A program made the position numbers and the translations under genes. This document shows positions 1 through 11,600 of a DNA stretch of 60,779 bases, in pieces. Location: the NCBI GenBank assembly GCA_029250345.1, contig JAQXFL010000016.1, forward strand, positions 1-60,779, read 5' to 3'. Each line of letters begins with the position of its first letter. Positions within the stretch are counted from its first letter, which is position 1. The stretch is from Candidatus Poseidoniaceae archaeon (GTDB lineage Archaea > Thermoplasmatota > Poseidoniia > Poseidoniales > Poseidoniaceae). The notes under the pieces were generated by a model. The model searched no databases. It saw only the letters and a program-made list of their open reading frames with translations, and was not told the origin of the DNA.

Positions 1-347
1 GTCCCAGTCTCAGCAAGGTCGCCAAAGTTCAAATGAAATTGGCTGGTGTTGGTGAGCGTCAATGCAGAACTGATGTCTTCTCCCGTTAGTGAGCCGGTGA
101 GAATGAGTTGTCCGCCATTTTCGACAGTAATCTCATTGCTTGGTCCAACCGTCATATCGGCATCAATGGTCAAAGTGGCACCGTTTTTCACCAGAACGTT
201 TCCGTTCATTGCCTGTGATTCCGACCAAGTTTCATCAGCGTCAATGATTACATCGTTGCCATCGCTGGGTGGAGCTGCGTCCACATTTACCAAACCAGCG
301 AATGAGGTGAAAATTAGGAGCATCATCAGTGTCAAAGCAGTTCGCAT
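1..347 (-). CDS. Secreted protein, N-terminal part (runs off the left edge); probable beta-helix/surface protein
   Basis: Not in the ORF track. Manual translation from ATG 347 gives MRTALTLMMLLIFTSFAGLVNVDAAPPSDGNDVIIDADETWSESQAMNGNVLVKNGATLTIDAD..., open to the edge. It has a signal peptide and resembles the N-terminus of the 13667 protein (ITGTETWTGTMNLNGDIVVAEGAKLVV). TATAAAA lies 28 nt upstream. Confidence 0.75.
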   Translation of the reverse strand, partial: MRTALTLMMLLIFTSFAGLVNVDAAPPSDGNDVIIDADETWSESQAMNGNVLVKNGATLTIDADMTVGPSNEITVENGGQLILTGSLTGEDISSALTLTNTSQFHLNFGDLAETG

Positions 348-390
348 GAAAACACTCACACTGTGGTGTTTTATAGGCTTCTCTCCGGAA

Positions 391-1044
391 TCAATAGGGC
401 ACATCTTTCCATCCGATCTTGTAACCGAGAAGGTTGAACGATCGGTGAAGTATGGGGGTGATGGCGACCAATGCCAACATTGGGAGCAGAAGTTCCGAGT
501 CGGCAAGTATGGATGTGCCAAGGAATAATTGGCCGGCCAAGAAAACCATTATTGCGAAAGGTAGCGTATCCAAAAGTGGAGCTTTCGATGAGATGTCACC
601 TTCTCTCTTGAGTCCACGACGGCGCTTGACAAAAGAACCGCTGCTGTCTCCGACCAAGCAGAAGAATCCAAGGAAAGTTCCGAGAATGAACGCCGTCATG
701 TGGTCGCCACCGATATTGAACCAAGTTCCTTCAGCGCCTTGCAATGGGTGAGTGAAAATACCGTTTTCTCCGATGGCAGCACTTGCGGCAGGAATGTCTC
801 CCATGAGCGAGACAATGAGGACGCTAAGAAGCCCAGAAGTAAGCGAGCCTCCGATCAATCCATTCCATGTTTTTCCATCGCCAAGGATACGGTTTCCGTC
901 GCTAAGTGTGCGGCCACCATCGATCGGCCATGGCCCATATCCCGTCTTAGGCAACCATTTCCCCCATAGCATAGCGAAGGTGTTGGCAAGGAATCCTGGC
1001 ATGTACAACCAGAGCGTTAGGATACAGAGTTCTAAAAATTGCAT
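391..1044 (-). CDS. carS: CDP-archaeol synthase (CDP-2,3-bis-O-geranylgeranyl-sn-glycerol synthase)
   Basis: Motifs PIDGGR..DG.RILGDGKTW.G, GD..GSFVKRR.G..R, P.LD.L.F and the C-terminal G.K.VPY; hydrophobic. Start placed at ATG 1044, preceded by a GGTGA SD (the ORF track starts at 1143). Confidence 0.9.
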   Translation of the reverse strand: MQFLELCILTLWLYMPGFLANTFAMLWGKWLPKTGYGPWPIDGGRTLSDGNRILGDGKTWNGLIGGSLTSGLLSVLIVSLMGDIPAASAAIGENGIFTHPLQGAEGTWFNIGGDHMTAFILGTFLGFFCLVGDSSGSFVKRRRGLKREGDISSKAPLLDTLPFAIMVFLAGQLFLGTSILADSELLLPMLALVAITPILHRSFNLLGYKIGWKDVPY

Positions 1045-1186
1045 GAAGTTCACCAAGGCTTGCACCTTTACATGCATCGCTTGGAGGGCGGTCTTTGAAG
1101 CATCCCCTTTGTTCGGGCGATTTTGGGTCAAAAGTCCAAGCATCTCTCACGATGAGATTATGTGATGGCATGGGTGGAGCACCAAC

Positions 1187-2461
1187 ATGGCTGGGAAGGT
1201 TGTACTTGTTGTCGGCGGTGGTGGCAGAGAACACGCTCTTTGTATGGGGCTATCAGACTCTCGTCACGTGTCGAAGTTGCATTGCACGCCCGGCAATGCA
1301 GGGACTGCATCCCTTGCCACGAATCATTCGGTTTCGGCATCCGACATCACAGGTTTACTTCGTCTCGCTCAAGAGGTGTCTGCTGACCTTGTCGTTGCAG
1401 GGCCCGAAGCGCCGTTGTGTGCAGGACTGGCTGACGAACTTTCAGCACAAGGAATTCCTTGTTTTGGACCAGTCGCGGCTCTTGCTCATCTTGAGGGTTC
1501 GAAACTCCACGCAAAAGAGGTCATGCGTGCAGCAAATGTTCCGACTGCGGCCTTTCACGTACTGGAGCACGGAAGTGATATTGACACTGCTTTGAATGAT
1601 TTTTCCGGACAACCATGGGTCGTCAAGCGGGATGTGCTGGCTGGCGGCAAAGGAGTTGTAGTTACCGAAGACCGTGCTGAAGCATTTTCGTTCATCCAGT
1701 CATCAATAGAATCCGATGGAAGAGTTTTGTTGGAAGAATTCCTTCCTGGTGAAGAGGCGAGCATGTTGGTCGTTATGGACGGATCCGGTTTTGTCTGCCT
1801 ACCTGCCAGTCAAGACCACAAAAGAGCATACGATGGAGACAATGGGCCAAACACGGGTGGAATGGGTGCGTACTGCCCAGCACCGGTTGTCACAAATGAG
1901 ATACGCGATTTGACCATTCAAACCATCATCGAACCGATGCATGCTTACCTGTGTGCGGCGGAGCAACCCTACCGTGGTGTGCTTTACGTTGGCCTCATGA
2001 TTCCTGAATCCGGACGTCCGAATGTGGTCGAATTCAACGTCCGATTTGGCGACCCAGAATGCCAAATCACCCTGCCCCTCATCGAGTCCGATTTGTTCGA
2101 ATTGCTGAATGCAGCAGCCACTGATGGCCTGTCGAAACTTGAGGTTAAGTTTAGTGCTCTTCATGCTGCAACAGTGGTTTTGGCAGCGGAGGGCTATCCA
2201 AGCTCTCCCGTCAAGGGTCGTACTGTTCGAGGCGCTGATTCCGAACCGCTTTCATCTTCAAACGGCAAAGCATGGGTCAGTCATGCAGGAACCGGTCGTG
2301 GTCCAAACGGCGAATTAATTTCAACCGGTGGACGAGTACTCGCTTGCAGTGCTACCGGTCCTACGCTCGAGGCGGCGGTAGAGATGGCGTATGCTCTTCT
2401 TGACACGATTGAACTTGAAGGTTCTCACCACAGAACGGACATCGGTTTCCGTGCTTTGTGA
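1187..2461 (+). CDS. purD: Phosphoribosylamine--glycine ligase
   Basis: VLVVGGGGREHAL, PGNAG, GPEAPL, LEGSK, LAGGKGV, QDHKRAYDGDNGPNTGGMGAY, EFNVRFGDPE, GGRVL, RTDIG. Confidence 0.98.
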   Translation: MAGKVVLVVGGGGREHALCMGLSDSRHVSKLHCTPGNAGTASLATNHSVSASDITGLLRLAQEVSADLVVAGPEAPLCAGLADELSAQGIPCFGPVAALAHLEGSKLHAKEVMRAANVPTAAFHVLEHGSDIDTALNDFSGQPWVVKRDVLAGGKGVVVTEDRAEAFSFIQSSIESDGRVLLEEFLPGEEASMLVVMDGSGFVCLPASQDHKRAYDGDNGPNTGGMGAYCPAPVVTNEIRDLTIQTIIEPMHAYLCAAEQPYRGVLYVGLMIPESGRPNVVEFNVRFGDPECQITLPLIESDLFELLNAAATDGLSKLEVKFSALHAATVVLAAEGYPSSPVKGRTVRGADSEPLSSSNGKAWVSHAGTGRGPNGELISTGGRVLACSATGPTLEAAVEMAYALLDTIELEGSHHRTDIGFRAL

Positions 2462-2523
2462 GTTGTTTTGGCACTCCTATTTTATCCGTTAAATCGACAA
2501 CCGTAAACAACGCTCAATGTTAT

Positions 2524-2606
2524 GCAGCAAGGCATTCATCTGTTGTCCGCTCAGCGGAGTCATTAAAAGAGGCTCTAAAGTGGCGAAGACGCTTCAGCCT
2601 TGCTGC
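2524..2606. promoter_or_regulatory. Perfect 10-bp inverted repeat enclosing small hairpins in the aglB upstream region
   Basis: GCAGCAAGGC (2524-2533) and GCCTTGCTGC (2597-2606) enclose TCCGC-TCA-GCGGA (2546-2558) and GAAG-ACG-CTTC (2585-2595). An AT-rich TTAAAAG lies at ~2563. Confidence 0.35.
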
Positions 2607-2636
2607 TGTCGCGCAAACACCTTTGAGGGAAAAAAT

Positions 2637-5600
2637 ATGGAACAAATAACTGGCACAAAAAGCACAGCGCCAGCAGCACCGTTGGGATGGCTTATCGCTC
2701 CCCTAGCAGTTCTGCTCGCACTCGCAGCTATCAAGCTCGTCGGCATTGACTTCGAGCTTACCGCAGATAACTTGGCACCGATGTTGATCGTCGGCGCCGC
2801 AGGCATCCTGGGTCTGGTCCCATCGATGCTTGACCAATCCAATTCCGCATCTGTTTCCAAGGCCACTCTTTCCCTCTCCACTTTGGCCGTGGCGCTTATC
2901 GGTGCTGTGGCAATTTACATGCTCGACAATGGCGCATTCTCCGGTCTTCTGTTCGCTTTCGTTACGTTTGGCGTTCATTTCATGAGCAGCCGTGGGCGAC
3001 ACGAACTTGCGACCATTATCGTATTCATCGCTATGGGTGCAAACGTCGGTATCTTCATTGCATCCGATGCACTCACAACCCTGCCAGAGATTTACAATCT
3101 GGCGCCAGAGGGTGAACCACAAAGTTTGGTTTCAACACTCAACTTGAAGAATCAAGCTGTAGGCTACCTCTTCTTCTCACACCTTACCGTTTTCACCCTC
3201 GTCGGTGTATTGGTCGCAACCTTTGCTCGTGGTGTGCTTACTCCTGTTGGCGAATCCGGTTGGTTCAGTTTCTTGAACAGCGACACGAGTTCAAAATTCA
3301 ACAAGAACAACCTTCCTCTGCAAATCGCACTTACGGTTTGGGCTTTGGCTCACATCGGCAGTCTCTGGCACTTTGAGACCGTCAGCGTTGCTGACAAACT
3401 TGGAATTACTTCAGCGGCAGATTACCACGGAATTGTTGGCTACTGGCAAGCATTCTTCACCGGAATGGTGGCAGTTGTTGTAGCAGGTATGTTTTCCGAA
3501 CGATGGCACACTCGTGCCATGACACTCGGTTCTCTTTGGACGCTCTACGTTGTTTCGTCTTGGTACGATGCAGGAATGTTTTCAATGGATCTCCTCGAAG
3601 GCAACTGGGGCAGTTTGATTTGGCTCGGACTGACCTTCTTCATCGGAGTCGGCATTTACTCGATTTCAACCCACGAAACGTGGGGTGGCTGGGTCAACCG
3701 TGACGATCACGAATACTCCGGTGCTCGTAAGTTCTGGAATCAACACTGGTCCAGCGTCATGATTGGGCTCGCATTCTTCTTTGGTCTGGTCATCCGAACA
3801 CAATGGTATGTTGTACCGTCCATGAACGCTTTCGGAACCGGAAACTGGGACATGACCGGAGGATCTGACCCTTGGTACATGAAGCGTGTCGTCGATTATA
3901 TCCTTGCAAACAATGCTCACATGATTTTCGATGCAGACCGTTCTTACCCAATAGGTGGTATCAACCCTCGACCTCCGATTTTTACCTGGTCAATTGCAGT
4001 TGTTGCAACACTTCTCGAACCGTTCTTCAGCAACGGCGATGCAGTCTGGTGGGCTATACTTTCCCTCCCTGCAATTTACGGTGCTCTCACCATTCTACCG
4101 GTGGCTTACATCGCACGTGAACACATCAACGAAAAGGCAGCAGTTGTCGCCGCTTGGCTGATTGCTTTCATGCCGGCTCACGTGAGTCACACGACATGGG
4201 CACTTGCTGACCACGACGCTTTCATCATGCTCTTCATTACACTAGGATTCATGTTCTGGCTCCGTGCGGTGAAGTATGCAGGTAGCGAGCGCTTGTTGCG
4301 CTCCTCATCTCCGTCGGCTATGGCATTTGTAAACGCATTTACCGCCGTCGCACAAGAACGCCGTGCTGCACTTTCAGCCGCAGTTCTTGCTGGTGTGAGT
4401 TTCGGAATCGTTTCGCTCGGCTGGAAAGGTTTCGTCGTTGGTCCGTCGATTATCTTCTTGGCATACGCTGCACAAGTTGCACTCAACATGTTCCGCCGCC
4501 GAGATTCAACGACTCTCAACGTCTTGTTCCTCACCATGCTTTCAGTGAACTTCTTGATGGCTCTCCCATTCTACGGTCACCCTCAAATCGATCTCATGCT
4601 TGATGGAACCGGCCTTCAGCCGTTCTTGTTTATTGCTATCTTCACAATAGCAATCAGTTTCGTTACCACTGGATTCCGTGACAAGCCTTGGTTGCTCGTC
4701 CTCGGTGTTCTTGCCGGTGCTGGAACTGTGTTCTTCATCGTATTGTGGCTCCTCAAGGAAGCGAACCTCTCCAATGCTTGGGATGTACTCTTCACTGGTA
4801 GCGGATACTTCACCAAGACTAAGATTTTTGGAACTGTTGCCGAAGCAAATGCTCCAAACCGTGGACAGTTGTTTGCGCAATTTGGACCAATCACCTTCGT
4901 TCTTTCACTCATCATGGGTATTCTCTGCATTTGGTCGGCTCTACGTGATCGAAAGCAAACCAAACTCGTATTCGGTGTGTGGATTCTCGCAGCCTCGTTC
5001 ATGGCTTGGACTGCAGCACGTTTCATGTTCAATGCAACACCAGCAATCGCAGTCCTCGGCGCTTGGGGAATCGTTTCCCTATGGAAGTGGGCAAACTGGG
5101 AAGGCATGGTCAAAACATGGAAGAAGATGGGAATCCGTTCTCCAGAAGACCGTATTCGTGGTGCACGCAAGGCGCTCTGGCGTACTCCTTCCTTCTCCGC
5201 AATCATGCTCGTCATGATTATGTTGTTTGGACAACAGTTCACCTACGGTCTCGATGCAGCAATTCCTTCCAGCAACAATGCTGAAGACGATATCGATGAA
5301 ACAATCTACAATCTGATCCCTGACGCATTCCGCTGGGAAATCGGTGGTTTTTCGTTGCTTGATGACAGTACTTACGACGGAAACTGGTATCTCGGTTCTT
5401 TCGGCTCTGGATTTAACGACAACGGCTGGAACTCGGCATATGAGTGGCTTGCTGAACAGGATCAAGACATGAAATATTCAGAACGTCCTGCCTTCGTCTC
5501 TTGGTGGGACTATGGTTTCCAAGCCCTTGATACTGGGGAGCACCCCTCTGTATCCGATAACTTCCAGACTGGAATTTCTGCTACAGGTAACATGTTGCTC

Positions 5601-8600
5601 GCACGCAGTCAAGAAGACCTCGTATCCATGTTCATCTGGCAACTTGGTCAAGGCGACTTGACTTACAATGAGGCCAAAACAGGTAACCTTGAGTTCACAA
5701 ACGGCTATCAGAACATCGTAGGTTCATACCTCACCGATGAGCAAATGGATATTTTGAACGATGTTTCGACCGATGTTGATACCGATGAGAGGGTTTCATT
5801 CTTGAAACTCAACAGTTACCAAGTCTACCGTACCAACGAAGATACAGTCTTGGCTAGAGGATATCATCACACCGATGGAGTGTTCGATGAGTCTACGCAA
5901 TACTGGAGAGTTTACGACGAAGGAGAACGCATCCTCTGTACCGATTCACTTTCGACGACCTGTGTTGATGGTGACTGGTCATCAGAAGCAGAAGCGGAAA
6001 ACACCTTCTCGAACAATATTCGAACCGGTAATGACAACATCAATCGGGTCTCACACTACATTATTGGAGATTACTGGTACACCGCTGACCTCGTCGAGGA
6101 ATATGGATCTGTATCCACAAATCTCCACCGATCAAACGCAAGATTGGCACTCACCGTTCAACTGCTTTCCAACAGCCTCGACTCTGGCGAGATCATCGAC
6201 ATGTACGATGAACTCATCAACATGGAAGGCTACTACACCGTTCAAGATTACGACGGTGCACCCGGAGAAACGATTGATCGAGACCACGAAATCCGTTACT
6301 ACGCTATTGACAACCGACTGTACCCCCGTGCAGGACGTTACACTGCTGACATGAACTACAACCAAGGTCAACCGATGGGTATCTTCGGCGCACCAACAAT
6401 TCTCAGCGGCCAAGATATTACCACTTACATGGATGAAGTCTACGAAACCATCCGTGGCGACTTCCCAGACGAAATGACCCGTGCTGAAGTCGACGAAGCG
6501 ATTACTCAAGATTTCCTCAATCAACAATCTGGTGCTGATATTGACCCACTGCAAGTTCAAGATGTCCGTGTTGATCACAACTCTGCATTCTTCGACACCA
6601 TGCTCGCTCGTTCATACGTCGGATACGGCGCATCAACGCTTGGCGTCGATGCCGGCTCTTCAAACCCGCAACCTGCCCAGCATTTCGGTCAATCCGGTAG
6701 CCCTGGAAGCATTTTGAGTCAAGGACTGCCTTTGCCAGGTGCAATGACCAATCACTTCGTTATCTCGAACTGGTACTCACCTGAAGCAAATTCTTCAGTT
6801 ACCGCTGAAGAGCAAACAGTAGGTATTTCCTCGACCAACACATTGGTTAAGATTCTCAAGTACTACTCTGGCGCAGAAATTTCTGGTCAAGTTACCATGT
6901 CTGACAATGGACTGCCATTGCCGGGTGTTCGCTTGCTCATTGAGCGAGACGCATTCTCTGGTGAAGGCGCAGATGATTTGGACCCAGATACCTACTGGGT
7001 TCCAATTGGCTTTACAGATGCTGATGAGAATGGCCGCTGGTCGTTCGATGCACCTGCTGGCCGAATCCGTGTCAGCGCATACGCTGGCGACTACGACCCA
7101 ACTCTTGCACAAGATAACATCCGCTCTGGTGCATTCTCACAAGGTCTCGGAGATATATTGACAGAAACCAACGACGACCGAGTTATCAACGACATCTCGG
7201 CTATCCTTGGTGAAGTGGCAAACATGAGCTGGCTTGGTGAAAACCAACACAACATCACTGCTGAGCAAGCAGACAGCAACGCTCCAGTGAGTGCAGATTT
7301 CAACATCGCAGTCGAAAGCAGCGGCATCTCTGGACAAGTGACATGGAGTGGCCATGAATCATTCGACGGCGACGCACTGGTGAGCACAGACTTCATTCTG
7401 CGTAACATTTGGTCCTTGACCGACAATTACACATTGACCACTACGAACGGTTCTTTCACATCAGCCGACAGCAGAATCCTACAGGGCTCTGGAGAGGCAA
7501 CCTTTGTCGAAAACGGTACGTTTGAAAGCGAAGGTGTCGCCTTTGCTGACGACTTCACAGGAACCTTCACCCGTTCGATTGGCGATAAGCGAGTTTACAC
7601 CAGTAACGGTACATGGGACGGCAAGGGAACACTTGTTGCATCATGGATCGCTGAAGATAATGTCTTGGACTGCTTGGATAACGAAACAGCGCCTATGCCT
7701 GAAAATTCCACCGTGTGTATTCAGGACAGCACAACTTCACCACTCACATACTTGTTGGATGGCGCTGTTGAAGCAAACGGACGTTTGACTTCTGATGGCA
7801 TCTCGACACTTGTGACTGAGCACGTTGGAGATTCGTTTGAAGCAACTGGTTCCTTCGAAGGAACCGGTACTCTAAACGGAACAGGATTATTCATTGGTAC
7901 CGGATCTTTCAGCGGAGAAATGGTTCAGCCAGGTTCGTTCTACCTCACAGGTCTAGTGCCTGGTGTTTACAACATGATTGCCCAACTTGACAACGGCAAG
8001 GAAGTTCTCCTTCCTGACCCAGTCAACGTCGGCATCTCGCCATCCTATGACCTTGCCATGACAATGCCAGGATCTATCTTTGAAGACACACTGCAAGATT
8101 TCTATGAAGAAAAACTTGTCAATGAAGTCATTGAATGGGTCGATGTAGACCTCGGAATGGATTCCTTGGTCGAAATACACACCGATGAGGATGGAAACTT
8201 CTCGTATGGCCCTATTGCATCAGGTGAATACTTCTACCGTGTTGACATCGACAGCGATGGCTGGTACGAACTCAACGAAACAATTTATGCACGTGGTGAA
8301 TCAGAAAACTTCTCCCTCGCAATGGATGTTCCTGAAATGTACGACATCTCTCTCCAATTGACGTCACCTGTAGACCCTCAAACGCAAACGGCGTATGCAG
8401 ATGTTTCACAGAGAGTCGTTACATTTACCAATTCAGATCCGCTGTTCGGACCTCTCAATGCAACTTCTGATGAAACCGGAATGGTTTACATCGAACTGCC
8501 TATGGGTGCGTACACAATATCTGACGAGTCTGGTGATGACTACATTCTCTTCGATTTCGTTGAACTCAACAATGAAGATGTCGCTATGAGCAGTGCTTAC

Positions 8601-11600
8601 GCAATCGCTACATACGTCAATGGTAGTATTCGTGCTCCAGACGGCGGTTTGTTCTCCGCAGAATACACATATGCAGACTGGGCTGCTCAAGAGGCAGTTT
8701 ACAAGCTTGAACAAAGCCAACCAGCATCTGGTCTTGAAGTCAATTTCGTTGCGAACGACCTCTCCTTCTCGACAACCGTTGAAACGGATGGAAACTTCAG
8801 TATGCGCCTGCCAAGTGGAAACACCTTCCACATGACTGCGATTAGCCTTGTTTCTCAGATGTCCTCGGGCCAACTTGTGGTACTGGGCGGAGATGCAGAG
8901 ATTGATATCGGACTCATGTATCTTGAGCCAACCGTCGCAACATTGGGTCTTGTCTACCTTTACGACAACAGTTCGCTATGGGATGGACTCGTACCTGGAT
9001 ACGCTGCACAAGAAGTCGTGGCAACTGATTCAACCGGACTTGAATGGAGAACAACCATCGATGATCAAGGTGGCTTTGCATTCTCCCTTCAACCGGGTGA
9101 CTGGGATTTCACAGTTGATGAAGAATTACTCAATTCGACAACTGTAACGGACTACGCAATCCTCGATAACGAGGGAATTGCTCCGAACTCTGTTGAATTG
9201 TTTGTCAGCCCTGAACCGTTGACAATTGTACTCAATGTCTTCATGAACTCCGGAGGAGATGGAATTTTCGCAAACGGAACTGGCGTTTCTCCAGCATTCT
9301 CGCTGATTCCTCTCAACAACCACGGACAACAGTACAACTTTACTACGAGTGACTACACTGCAACTGGAAACATTTCAGTCGTCTTAGAGCCTGGACTGTA
9401 CAGTATTGACTTCAACGAAACCTCAGCTGATGATGAGAACGCTACGGACTACAACCTACTCGGCGATTCAACCTTTGAAACAATGATTGTTGGAATCGAG
9501 GCGTATGAAGAAGCAGTTTCGTTTGCACTACGCAATGAATACCTTGTAACTGGACAACTTACAAACTCGTCCGGTGAGGGTGTTGAAAAGCAATTCTTGC
9601 TCCGAAACGACGCAGACGACTTGTGGCATAACATCGCATCTGATGTGAATGGAAGTTTTGCCTCCTACGTCCCTGCTGGCGAATGGGTTGCTATTGTCGC
9701 ACCGTTCTCGGCGTCCAATGACAGTATGGAAACATACCGTGAAGCGTTCACAGTTAGCGAAGATTCATCATTGCGCACTGGATTGAACTTTACCTCTATC
9801 GAAGTGGTCACAGTGAACTTCCAAGTACAGGAATTGAACACTGACTCCAACATGAGTGATGTTCGGATTACCCTTGTCAGTCACGACGGATTCGGAAACA
9901 TCACGCTTTCGAAGTCGGACCAGTTCGGTAATGTCAGCGAAACCATCATGCCAGGTACTTGGAGCATGTTCCTCAATCAAACAGAGCCTCAGCGACAATG
10001 GAGTCTCGACACATTCGATACTCCTTTCACCACCGACAACGCTGTTGACGGCGTTCTTGAGCTTGGTATTGTTTCACCAGAACTCATGGTTGAAATCGGC
10101 GGTAAAGTCTTCTGGGATCTCAACGATGACGATATCCCCGGTGGTACCGAGGGTGTTGCTAACACCACAGTCAGCATCACTGGATTCAACAACACGGCTA
10201 TTGATACCAATGTGACAACCGATGAATTCGGTGTTTGGTCCTTGTTTGTACCTATTCAAGACGAATACCAAGTTTCAGTTTCGAAGGAAGGATTCAGTAC
10301 TGAAGTCTACAATGTTTCGAACACCAGTGCATACCCAGTCTATGCTGCTCCGGAATCGTACGATATCGAGATGACAGCAGGAAACGTTACTGTTTCTGGA
10401 AACGTCACAGACATCAATGACGCTGAGCGACTGAACGGGTCGATTGTTACATTGTACCCGACTTCTGGTATGGCCGGAGAGACAATTGTTGTTGAATCTC
10501 AATTTGACAACGAAGTGCTCACTTGGTCTGCAGTCATTTCACCCGGTGAATGGATTGTGGTTGTTACCGAAGCAAACCCTGGCGAAAACGGCGGCGGAGT
10601 TGCCATTGGTCTTCTTGATGCGAGCATCTCCGATGGCGCAACTCTCGACCTTGAGATGTCGCTCGGTGGCTGGCTTGACCTTTCCACCTCTTGGACCGAC
10701 ATCAAACTCGATGAATACCACGCTGGTTCATCCAGTGATGGCTGGATTTACATGAACGAGACTGCGGTTGTGACCATGACCATCGGCGATGACTTGGAAT
10801 GGGATTTGCCAGTTGGTGAAGACGGAACAATTAGCGTCCTTATGCCGGCATCTGAGATTGAAATGGACTCTTCGTTCATCACGATTCAACATGACTTACA
10901 ACTTGAGATGGAATACATCGGCGGTGCAGTAACACAGGTTGCTGAAGGCCGCTCACCGGTTTCCCTGTCGTACACACGAAGCATCAACTCTGATACTTCG
11001 ATCAGCATGGTCGAAGGAAGTGTAACTGGTGCAACCGTTGACTCAGAGGTGGCATTTACCGCAATTGAAGAGGAAGAAGGATACCAACAGATTGAATTTG
11101 AACTTGAATTGAATTACGAAGGAACGGAAACCGTGCAAGTCTTCGATGTTCTTGGACAAATTCTAGTTTCTCCTGATGAAGCCGACTGGACGATTGAGTT
11201 CAAGAACGGTTCGACCTATGAGGATTCATACCAAGTATCCCTTGGTATCGGAAACAGTACCAATGATACATCGGTTCAATCGACTGCAACGGTTGGTGTT
11301 CGAATCACTGTAGCAAATCAATCAGCGGCATGGCATCTTGAAGACCCTCACACACTGAAGGTTCGTATGCTAACTGACAGCACTCCTTCGAGTGAAATCT
11401 CAGTTACTGTTCAAGTACCTCAAATCTACGGATTGGAAACTTCTGACGAAGACGAATCAGTCGGAATTGGTGCAGGTGGAAGCAGCATGTTTGGATTTGT
11501 ACTTGAGAACACTGGTAACGGTGACGACTCGTACACCATCGAACTCTCAGACAACATCCCTGAAGGTTGGGAAGTTACTCCAATGAGTTCGGTGATCACC

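Noticed and set aside
46..528. 160-aa plus-strand ORF in the track
   Set aside because: It is the antisense shadow of the minus-strand secreted-protein gene (1-347) and the carS 3' end, and has no motifs.
2524..2606. Possible tRNA (cloverleaf-like pairing, ~83 nt)
   Set aside because: No GTTCRA T-loop, D-loop GG context or proper anticodon arm. Kept only as a possible regulatory element.
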